Below, piece after piece: positions 33,102 to 40,006 of a stretch of 46,787 nt of DNA; position 1 is the first letter of the stretch; the number at the start of each line of letters is the position of its first letter. This DNA is from an uncultured Candidatus Saccharibacteria bacterium (GTDB lineage Bacteria; Patescibacteriota; Minisyncoccia; Phycocordibacterales; JACOZG01). The position numbers and the translations under genes were made by a program. The stretch spans positions 1 to 46,787 of the forward strand of contig CAYUHC010000004.1 in assembly GCA_964444555.1 (NCBI GenBank), written 5' to 3'. A model generated the notes under the pieces. It searched no databases. It saw only the letters and a list, made by a program, of their open reading frames with translations, and was not told the DNA's origin.

Positions 33102-34253
33102 ATGGCTGAACTATTAACTCGCGGCGTGGAGCGGATTTACCCCTCTTTGGACGAACTCGAAAAGGTTTTGGCGAGTGGTAAAAAATTAAAGATTTATTTT
33201 GGGATTGATCCGACGGGCCCAGCTCTGCACATTGGTCACCTGGCTAATTTGTTGCGGCTTAGAGATTTTCAAGATCAAGGGCACGAAATTACCATTTTGA
33301 TTGGTGACTTTACGGCGATGATTGGCGACCCCACCGACAAGACGGCGGCGCGAATCAAGTTGACCTCGGATCAGGTAGCTGAAAATCTTAAAAATTACCG
33401 ATCACAGATCGAGAAAATTTTAAGTCCCGAAAAAACAAAATTTGTTTTTAACAGTAGTTGGTTGGCTGGTTTGAACTTTGGAGCGATTCTGGAGTTGGCT
33501 TCGGAGTTTACGGTGAGCCAACTTTTGGAGCGGGACATGTTTCAAGAGCGATTGCGTCGCGAACAGCCGGTTTATTTGCATGAGTTTTTGTACCCTTTGA
33601 TGCAGGGTTACGATTCGGTAGTGCTGGGAGTGGATTTAGAAATTGGCGGTAACGATCAGACGTTTAATATGTTGGCTGGTCGGCAAATGCAAAAGCGTCG
33701 AGGTCAGGAGAAGTTTGTTTTGGCCGGGAAATTACTCGTTGATGGCGCTGGCAAAAAAATGGGTAAGACTGAAGGCAATATGGTGATGCTAAGCGATCAA
33801 CCCAGCGAGATCTTCGGCAAGGTGATGAGTTGGCCTGACGAGCTTTTGCCCCTGGGCTTCGAATTGTGCACTCGTTTACCTATGGCGGACCAGTCGGCGC
33901 TCATTGCTGATAACCCTAAGTTAGCCAAGATGCAATTGGCGCGAGAGATTATCAGTTTGCTCTACGGTTCGGCTGAGGCTCAATTGGCGGAGGAACATTT
34001 TGTTAATACTTTTCAAAAAAAGGAAATTCCCGAATCAATCGAAGAAATTGTGATTGAGTCGGGGGAGTTGTTGGGAGACGCCTTGGTTCGGGCGGGAATT
34101 GTGGCCTCCAAGTCGGAGTTCCGTCGCTTGGTTGAGCAAGGAGGCATTCATGATTTAGATGGTTCGGTGATTATCGACCCACTCTTGCCGGCTACGTCAG
34201 ACTTGCGGTTGCGGGTAGGTAAACGTCGGTTTGTAAAGTTAGTTGCTCAGTAA
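33102..34253 (+). CDS. tyrS: Tyrosine--tRNA ligase
   Basis: GIDPTGPALHIGH is the HIGH motif and KMGKT is the KMSKS motif. A C-terminal S4-like domain is present (ASKSEFRRLVEQGGI). Confidence 0.9.
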   Translation: MAELLTRGVERIYPSLDELEKVLASGKKLKIYFGIDPTGPALHIGHLANLLRLRDFQDQGHEITILIGDFTAMIGDPTDKTAARIKLTSDQVAENLKNYRSQIEKILSPEKTKFVFNSSWLAGLNFGAILELASEFTVSQLLERDMFQERLRREQPVYLHEFLYPLMQGYDSVVLGVDLEIGGNDQTFNMLAGRQMQKRRGQEKFVLAGKLLVDGAGKKMGKTEGNMVMLSDQPSEIFGKVMSWPDELLPLGFELCTRLPMADQSALIADNPKLAKMQLAREIISLLYGSAEAQLAEEHFVNTFQKKEIPESIEEIVIESGELLGDALVRAGIVASKSEFRRLVEQGGIHDLDGSVIIDPLLPATSDLRLRVGKRRFVKLVAQ

Positions 34254-34283
34254 AAACCACCCCGCAACTGCGGGGTGGTTTTT
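34252..34283. terminator. Bidirectional intrinsic terminator
   Basis: A perfect 14-bp palindromic stem AAAAACCACCCCGC / GCGGGGTGGTTTTT with loop AACT has an A-run and a T-run on either side. It lies between convergent tyrS and the small acidic ORF. Confidence 0.75.
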
Positions 34284-34292
34284 AGAAAGTCT

Positions 34293-34430
34293 TTACATTA
34301 CTTCTTCCTCTTCTTCCTCATCGTCCTCGCCATCACCTTCGCCCAAGTCGGCTAGTTCATCATCCTCTTCTTCATCTAAAATTTCTTTTTCTTCGTCTAA
34401 CACATCATCTCCAAGAATTGAATCGTCCAT
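34293..34430 (-). CDS. Candidate very acidic microprotein (45 aa)
   Basis: Read by hand: MDDSILGDDVLDEEKEILDEEEDDELADLGEGDGEDDEEEEEEVM. It ends 10 nt before the bidirectional terminator. The plus-strand poly-Ser ORF in the track is its mirror image. No SD is present. Confidence 0.35.
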   Translation of the reverse strand: MDDSILGDDVLDEEKEILDEEEDDELADLGEGDGEDDEEEEEEVM

Positions 34431-34458
34431 AGTTTGAAAACTTATTTTTTAAATTTGC

Positions 34459-34481
34459 CCACCTCAAATTTTTTGAGGTGG
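34459..34481 (-). terminator. Hairpin downstream of ruvC (weak terminator candidate)
   Basis: A 10-bp stem CCACCTCAAA/TTTGAGGTGG with a 3-nt loop lies 38 nt past the ruvC stop. On the minus strand it is followed only by a short TTT. Confidence 0.4.
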
Positions 34482-34518
34482 CTCTATTGTAAACAACCGG
34501 ATTAATTTTGCAATACCT

Positions 34519-35043
34519 TTAAGAAATATCTGTGGACAAAGCCGCCAGTCCAATCGCAATGGCGTCATATTCGTCATCATGTCGTTGGCCGTTTGGGAGC
34601 TTAACTAGTCGCTTAACCATGTTTTGTACTTGAGCTTTGTCGGCCTTGCCATAACCCGTGACGGCCAACTTGATGCTCTGGGGATTTAGTTCACGAATGC
34701 TAGCGCCCGCTTTGGCCGAAAGGTAGAGAATGACGCCTCGGGTCTCAGCCACAGCGCTCGCGGTTTTGCGATTAGTCGAGAAAAAAAGTGTTTCCAAAGC
34801 GACCAGATTTGGTTGCCACTCGCTGATTAGATCTTCTAGCTGCTGACCAATTTCTGCTAGTCGATCGGGAAAAGAGTTGGTTTTTTTGGAGGTGAGGCAG
34901 GTCGAAAACTTTACGACCTCGCGACCTTGTTCGCGTTTGATCACTGCGACGCCCAATCGGTCGTAACCAGGATCAAGGGCCAGCACGGTTAACTGATCTT
35001 TAGAGATCGGGGACATTGGTGGTGACGGTTTTGACGTCCTCAT
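34519..35043 (-). CDS. ruvC: Crossover junction endodeoxyribonuclease RuvC
   Basis: VLALDPGYDRLGVAVI carries the catalytic Asp. Also present are LVALETLFFSTN and DDEYDAIAIGLA. An alternative start at 35016 (MSPISKDQ) would shorten the overlap with yebC. Confidence 0.85.
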   Translation of the reverse strand: MRTSKPSPPMSPISKDQLTVLALDPGYDRLGVAVIKREQGREVVKFSTCLTSKKTNSFPDRLAEIGQQLEDLISEWQPNLVALETLFFSTNRKTASAVAETRGVILYLSAKAGASIRELNPQSIKLAVTGYGKADKAQVQNMVKRLVKLPNGQRHDDEYDAIAIGLAALSTDIS

Positions 35044-35536
35044 TTTCTTCTAAGGCATCGAGGAGGTCGGCTAGTTGTTGCGCCTCAAATTCGGTGATTT
35101 CTAGCGGCGAGAGGGGCGCCCAACCAAGATCAGTTTTTTTAAAGGCCCAGGTGACGGAACCTGGTGTGGCCAAGTTTGATCCATAGAGGGAGAGGAGGTG
35201 TTTAAGTTCTTGAGAGGTGCGATTTTTGTTATCGGTGATGCCTTCAATCAGAATGGCGCTACCGCCCGGGCCGTAGGCTTCGTAGAGAACCTCTGTTAAG
35301 TCCGCGGCACCAGCCCCCGTCGCCGAGGCGATGGCTCGCTCGATATTCTCGTTCGGCATATTAACGGCTCGGGCACGTTCGATGGCCGAACGGACCTTGG
35401 GGTGGTGGCGGTCGCCGCCGGCTCTTTTGATCTCTACATTGATGGCCTTGGCGTGCATGCCAAAAACCTTGCTTCGTTTTTGATCTTCGACTCCTTTTTT
35501 TCTTTTGATTTGTGACCACTTGCTATGACCAGACAT
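35000..35536 (-). CDS. yebC: YebC/PmpR family DNA-binding regulator (short, 178 aa)
   Basis: MSGHSKWSQIKRKKG and YEAYGPGGSAILIEGITDNKNRT are canonical. By eye, about 60 residues of the usual third domain appear to be missing relative to typical ~240-aa members. Confidence 0.85.
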   Translation of the reverse strand: MSGHSKWSQIKRKKGVEDQKRSKVFGMHAKAINVEIKRAGGDRHHPKVRSAIERARAVNMPNENIERAIASATGAGAADLTEVLYEAYGPGGSAILIEGITDNKNRTSQELKHLLSLYGSNLATPGSVTWAFKKTDLGWAPLSPLEITEFEAQQLADLLDALEENEDVKTVTTNVPDL

Positions 35537-35653
35537 GTCGGCAGTTTATCATATTTAGGGAGGCCTAACCCTTGACAATATTTTAATTAAATGCTAGTTT
35601 CCCGATGAACGAACTCGGGTGAGTTCGAGGTCTTTTTAAGGAAGGAGCGCATA

Positions 35654-36277
35654 ATGCGCCAGGCGATGTGGAAGATTGTGGCGGTGGTGGCGGTGGCAGG
35701 GATGACGGCGACGACGGCCTCGGCGAACTCGATCGTGGGGGTGAATTATTCTCATGATCGGTTTGATGTGAGCGTCAACCACGGTTACGGTTATCAGGAC
35801 CGGGCGGTGGCATCGGTCGATCTGTCGAGCGCGGCTCGACAGATCGACGAGGTACGCACGCAGATCACCCCCATCTGGGGCGACGATCCCGGGCTTACCG
35901 TTTGGATGACTTTTTACGGGCGCCTGGAGGCGCCCGGCAAGCCCAAGCGGTGGCTACATCTCGGCCAGGCCGTCGAGGGCCTGGAACTCGGATCGTCGCT
36001 CGGTGGTGGCAGTGACGACCAGAAGGTCGTTGATTATGCCCATACTTGGGTGTACGTTGATGGTTTTAGTTGGTCCGGCGCTTGGACCAACTACCACACC
36101 TTCCCGTATGGGAAGGGCAGTCTCAACCAGCCGATGGGTTTCCAGTGGACGTTCGCGTTCACTGGAAGTTTCGAGGATCCGGTCAAGGGGCGAGCGACGC
36201 TCGCGGCCTTGCCGGAGCCGAGCGCGGCCTTACTCCTTATAATTGGCGCCGTTCCTTTTTTGCGGCGCCGGCGTTAA
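35654..36277 (+). CDS. PEP-CTERM sorting-signal protein (207 aa)
   Basis: The signal peptide is MRQAMWKIVAVVAVAGMTATTASA. The C-terminus LPEPSAALLLIIGAVPFLRRRR-stop is a textbook PEP motif, TM helix and Arg cluster. A strong SD AAGGAAGGAG lies 6 nt upstream of the ATG. The sequence is GC-rich (40 of the first 60 nt are G or C). Confidence 0.75.
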   Translation: MRQAMWKIVAVVAVAGMTATTASANSIVGVNYSHDRFDVSVNHGYGYQDRAVASVDLSSAARQIDEVRTQITPIWGDDPGLTVWMTFYGRLEAPGKPKRWLHLGQAVEGLELGSSLGGGSDDQKVVDYAHTWVYVDGFSWSGAWTNYHTFPYGKGSLNQPMGFQWTFAFTGSFEDPVKGRATLAALPEPSAALLLIIGAVPFLRRRR

Positions 36278-36311
36278 GATGGTAGAGAGTTGAGTCGTGC
36301 GCTGGCGACTC

Positions 36312-36357
36312 CCCCGGGTGAGCACTTAATTGTGTCACCCGGGGTTTTTCTTTTTTT
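36312..36357 (+). terminator. Strong intrinsic terminator after the first PEP-CTERM gene
   Basis: A 10-bp stem CCCCGGGTGA/TCACCCGGGG with a 13-nt loop is followed by TTTTTCTTTTTTT. Confidence 0.8.
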
Positions 36358-36465
36358 AAAATGGGACTTATGCACAACCGAACAGAGCTATATATGCTAG
36401 AGTAATAAAAGAAGAGTCCGGTGTTCGGATTCGCTCAGTCCTTTTTGAGTGAGAGAGGAGGATTT

Positions 36466-37149
36466 ATGCGCGGAATTTTGATTGGTTGGTGCTTGTTTGG
36501 GCTGGTTGATTTCGCTTCGGGGACCACCATTAGGATGGCGTCTGGCTACGCTCCCAATCGGGCTTGGGCTTCTCTGACTGGCGCCTTGGCGGTAGAGACG
36601 GCCAACCACAGCTTTGTGTTTTGGGAGACGGACGAGGGCGCGCGCTGGAATCTAACCCTGTCCGCCACGGGTAGAGTGGTGACTGCCGAAGCTGGTAGCC
36701 CGCCAATTTTTGGTAGTTATCAAATTCCCGGGCACGATTTGGTGGCTAGGTGGGAGATGCTTTTGCCTGGTGATTGGTATGCCACGGCTGACGTTTGGGG
36801 TGGAGTTATCGAGAGCGCGACCCCAATGCTTGAAGCCCTGGGTGACGATCGCTGGCGGGCGGCCATTTTTATTACCGGCCAAACCGCGCCCGAACCGAGT
36901 TTGCTTTTTAGTTTTGTGGTTTTGGCTCTTTGGTTAAACACCCGCCGGAGGGGGCGGGTGTTTTTGTTGGTTTTAAAGCAGTTTGTCTTGCGCGGCTTCG
37001 GGGTAATCGTAACCCAAATGGTCGTAGGCTTTTTTGGTAACGACGCGACCGCGAGGGGTCCGTTCCAAAAATCCGAGTTGGATCAGGTAAGGCTCGTGGA
37101 CTTCTTCGATGGCGGCATCTTCTTCGGAGGTGGCGGTGGCGATCGTTGA
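36466..37149 (+). CDS. Second PEP-CTERM-type protein; the 3' end is doubtful
   Basis: The start is taken at ATG 36466 with AGGAGG 4-5 nt upstream (the track ORF begins at 36421). The signal peptide is MRGILIGWCLFGLVDFASG. APEPSLLFSFVVLALWLNTRRRG is a PEP-CTERM signal, but no stop follows. The frame runs on antisense to ruvB up to 37149. The biological end is probably near 36975. Confidence 0.55.
   Translation: MRGILIGWCLFGLVDFASGTTIRMASGYAPNRAWASLTGALAVETANHSFVFWETDEGARWNLTLSATGRVVTAEAGSPPIFGSYQIPGHDLVARWEMLLPGDWYATADVWGGVIESATPMLEALGDDRWRAAIFITGQTAPEPSLLFSFVVLALWLNTRRRGRVFLLVLKQFVLRGFGVIVTQMVVGFFGNDATARGPFQKSELDQVRLVDFFDGGIFFGGGGGDR
36938..36965 (+). terminator. Intrinsic terminator embedded in the codons for the Arg cluster of the second PEP-CTERM gene
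   Basis: A 9-bp stem ACACCCGCC/GGCGGGTGT with loop GGAGGG is followed by TTTTTGTTGGTTTT. It lies 12 nt from the ruvB stop codon on the opposite strand. Confidence 0.6.
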
Positions 37150-37983
37150 GACTCCCACTGGTCCGCCATTAAATTTTTCGATAATGGTTTCTAAAATTTT
37201 TCGATCGGTGCTGGTTAAGCCGTGTTCATCAATCCCCATTAAATTAAGAGTATCTTGAACCACTTTTTTATTAATTGACTGCTTATTGAGTTGCGCAAAG
37301 TCTCGACAGCGTTTTAGAAATTGGTTAGCGATGCGCGGGGTGAAGCGGCTTCTCTCGGCGATGATGTGGGCCGCTTCTGGTTCTAATTGGATATTGAGAA
37401 TGTCGGCCGAGCGAGAGACGATCGTGGCAATTTCTTGAGGAGTGTAAAATTCGAGGCGGAAAGTGCCACCCGAAAAGCGTGATCGGAGTGGCGAAGAGAG
37501 GAGGGCAATGCGCGTAGTGGCCGCGACGAGCGTAAATGGCGGTAGGTCTAGTTGGATGACGCGTGCTCCCGGCCCCTTGCCGATAATGATATTGAGATTG
37601 CCCGACTCCATCGCTGGGTAAAGCACCTCTTCGATTAGTTTGTTAAGCCGATGGATCTCGTCAATAAAGAGAATATCGCCCGCTGATAGGTTGGTGAGAA
37701 TTGAGGCCAAGTCACCGACCTTTTCGATCGCTGGGCCGGAGGTAACCTTCATTTGAGCGCCTATTTCCTTAGCAATTAGGTGGGCGAGCGTTGTTTTGCC
37801 GAGCCCAGGTGGGCCATAAAACAAGAGGTGTTCCGGTGGGTGCTTGCGCTCGGCGGCCGCTTTCAGTAGAATCTTCAGGTTGTCTTTTATTGAGGATTGA
37901 CCCACATAATCATCCCACGAGTCTGGTCGCAGGGCGCTGTCGTTAAAACGTTCTGATTTGTCGGAGGGGGTTATGCTTGACAT
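36973..37983 (-). CDS. ruvB: Holliday junction branch migration helicase RuvB
   Basis: LRPDSWDDYVGQ, Walker A GPPGLGKTT and Walker B ILFIDEIHRL are present. The C-terminal winged helix is EPYLIQLGFLERTPRGR. Confidence 0.95.
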   Translation of the reverse strand: MSSITPSDKSERFNDSALRPDSWDDYVGQSSIKDNLKILLKAAAERKHPPEHLLFYGPPGLGKTTLAHLIAKEIGAQMKVTSGPAIEKVGDLASILTNLSAGDILFIDEIHRLNKLIEEVLYPAMESGNLNIIIGKGPGARVIQLDLPPFTLVAATTRIALLSSPLRSRFSGGTFRLEFYTPQEIATIVSRSADILNIQLEPEAAHIIAERSRFTPRIANQFLKRCRDFAQLNKQSINKKVVQDTLNLMGIDEHGLTSTDRKILETIIEKFNGGPVGVSTIATATSEEDAAIEEVHEPYLIQLGFLERTPRGRVVTKKAYDHLGYDYPEAAQDKLL

Positions 37984-38036
37984 ACTAAATTTGGTATGCT
38001 ATATTGGCGCTGTTCAATCACAAGTCTTGGTATTTT

Positions 38037-38213
38037 CGAATCGAGGCCATAAACCTCTAAGCAATAAGCTTCCACGCTTAAACGGGTTTTTACAAAAGGA
38101 CGGGTTGGTGTTCGTTTTTAACGAAAGTGCTGGCCCCATCCTTGCGTAATTACCTCACTTTTTGTATTCAGTACAGAAAGGATTGCTTAGAGGTTTATGC
38201 TCTCGATTTTTTT
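38037..38213 (+). ncRNA. Structured RNA candidate (rod-like, closed by a ~27-bp helix and ending in a U-run); the alternative is a MITE-like inverted-repeat element
   Basis: The arm 38039-38065 pairs with 38182-38208. There are 18 consecutive Watson-Crick pairs (CATAAACCTCTAAGCAAT / ATTGCTTAGAGGTTTATG) plus 7 more after a small internal loop. An apical hairpin TTCGTT-TTTA-AACGAA is present. Seven T at 38207-38213 overlap and follow the 3' arm. No ORF is present. Confidence 0.35.
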
Positions 38214-38233
38214 GTTCAAGTGCTGTCGACAGT

Positions 38234-39928
38234 CTAGATGATCTCTTCGTTCAAATCAATCACGCGCGCTAGTTCATCAAGCGAGGTGATTCCCGTCAAT
38301 ACCTTAATTACCCCATCCTCGCGCATTTCGAGGATTTTTTGGGCTTTAGCGGCGATTCTAATGTCGCGTTCGTTAGGATTTTTTACAATCGTGTCCGCCA
38401 TGGGCGAGTCAATGATCACGGCCTCAAAGATGCCTTGCCGGCCGCGGTAACCGGTATGATTACAGGCGGCACAGCCAGCGGCTTGCCAGATCTGGTAGGG
38501 CGCTTCAGGAAGCGAGATTTCTGGGCGCTTGATTTTGATGTTTTGGCAAACCGCGCTCAGTATCTCGGTTTGCTCGGTGGTGGGGTTAATCGGCTGGCGA
38601 CAGTCCGGGCATAATTTGCGCAATAGCCGCTGAGCGATGGACAAGTTTAGCGCGGCTTCAATAATTTTTGGATTAATTCCGAGGTCAATTAAGCGAGGGA
38701 TGGTACCGGCGGCGTTATTGGTGTGGAGAGTCGAGAAGACGAGGTGGCCCGTGAGTGAGGCGTTGATGGCAATTTTGGCCGTTTCCGCATCCCGAATTTC
38801 GCCGACCATGATGATGTCGGGATCTTGGCGGAGGGCGCTACGCAAACCGGAAAGGAAAGTGTAATTCTTTTTAGGATCAACCTGGGTCTGGTTAATTCCT
38901 TTAAGATGGTATTCGATCGGATCTTCGATGGTGATGATTTTGGTTTCTGGACTGTTGACGGTGCGGAGAAAGGAGTAGAGGGTGGTGGTTTTTCCTGAGC
39001 CGGTTGGACCAGTCAGTAAAACGAGGCCATTAGGTTTGGAAATTTCTTTTTGGATAATATTAAAGAGAGCTGGTTCGATGCCTAAGGTTTCAAAGGTCAC
39101 GGCGATTGCTTTGGGGTTGAGAATTCTTAGCACGATTGATTCGCCATAAGCTCCCGGCAAGATGGCGGTGCGGATTTCGATTTCTTCGTCCTTGATTTTG
39201 ATGGAGAAGCGTCCGTCTTGGGCACTCCGTTGGATGTTGAGTTTAAGGCCGGAAACTAATGTGACGCGTGAGAGGATATTGCGATAAAGCTTGTGATCTA
39301 AATAGGTGATGTCTTGCAAGACGCCGTCGAGCCGATAACGTAAGCGCACTTTTTCGTCTTGGGGCTCGATGTGGATGTCGGAGGCGAGAGTGACTAAACT
39401 GCCGGCTAAAATGATCTCCAGCAAAGCCGAGATCCCGCCCGCGGCTAGTTCGGTAACGCCTTCGCTTTGGAGAATTTGTTTGACGTCATCAATTGTTTTT
39501 ATTTGATTAACGGCACTTTCGATACTATCGGGAGTGATGTCGATGACTCCGGCGTGTGAAATGCTTGATTTGGAAATTTCTTGATAGCGTTCCCAAGCTC
39601 GCTTTAAACTCGCCGGCGAGCCGATGTATGATTCGAGATTATAATTTTTATTCCGCAAATCTTCTAGGATGCCAGCTACCCGAGGATTGGCCGGCGCGCC
39701 CAAGACTAGGTAGAGATTTTTTCCCACCAATTTAAACGCGGCTATATCAGCGGCGCGAGCCTCTTCTTCGGGAATAAGACGGAGGGCATCGGTGTTAATC
39801 GAAAATTTAGAGAGATCAATATAGGGGAGATTGTATTTTTGCGATAGAACTTGAGCTAACTCTTCGGCTTCTTGGCTGTAGAGCTCGCTAAGTTTTTTGG
39901 CTCCAGTGGCATCGTCAAAGCGCAACAT
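38234..39928 (-). CDS. GspE/PilB family type IV pilus / type II secretion ATPase
   Basis: It has an N-terminal T2SSE_N-like domain. Walker A is GPTGSGKTT. The Asp and His boxes are present. The tetracysteine motif is CPDCRQ...CAACNHTGYRGRQG. Confidence 0.85.
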   Translation of the reverse strand: MLRFDDATGAKKLSELYSQEAEELAQVLSQKYNLPYIDLSKFSINTDALRLIPEEEARAADIAAFKLVGKNLYLVLGAPANPRVAGILEDLRNKNYNLESYIGSPASLKRAWERYQEISKSSISHAGVIDITPDSIESAVNQIKTIDDVKQILQSEGVTELAAGGISALLEIILAGSLVTLASDIHIEPQDEKVRLRYRLDGVLQDITYLDHKLYRNILSRVTLVSGLKLNIQRSAQDGRFSIKIKDEEIEIRTAILPGAYGESIVLRILNPKAIAVTFETLGIEPALFNIIQKEISKPNGLVLLTGPTGSGKTTTLYSFLRTVNSPETKIITIEDPIEYHLKGINQTQVDPKKNYTFLSGLRSALRQDPDIIMVGEIRDAETAKIAINASLTGHLVFSTLHTNNAAGTIPRLIDLGINPKIIEAALNLSIAQRLLRKLCPDCRQPINPTTEQTEILSAVCQNIKIKRPEISLPEAPYQIWQAAGCAACNHTGYRGRQGIFEAVIIDSPMADTIVKNPNERDIRIAAKAQKILEMREDGVIKVLTGITSLDELARVIDLNEEII

Positions 39929-40006
39929 TGTGCTTTAAGTGTAACATGGGCCCGAATTAGCGTCACAGCTAGTCCCGGCTTTCGGAGGGTGTTACAATCC
40001 GAAGGT

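Noticed and set aside
34243-34437. 64-aa plus-strand poly-serine ORF after tyrS
   Set aside because: It starts inside tyrS and reads through the perfect terminator hairpin. It is the mirror image of the acidic minus-strand ORF, and its homopolymeric Ser run is a composition artefact.
36976-37149. C-terminal 58 codons of the second PEP-CTERM ORF as genuine coding sequence
   Set aside because: They lie beyond the sorting signal and beyond an intrinsic terminator, antisense to conserved ruvB codons. This is probably an open antisense frame exposed by a missing stop. It is kept as a finding rather than trusted as protein.
39872-40006. Upstream extension of the tsaE ORF (MAVELAKFFGSSG...)
   Set aside because: It overlaps the 5' end of pilB on the other strand. 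TsaE homology begins at MERYLIKG (ATG 40007), which is preceded by a -10-like TACAAT.
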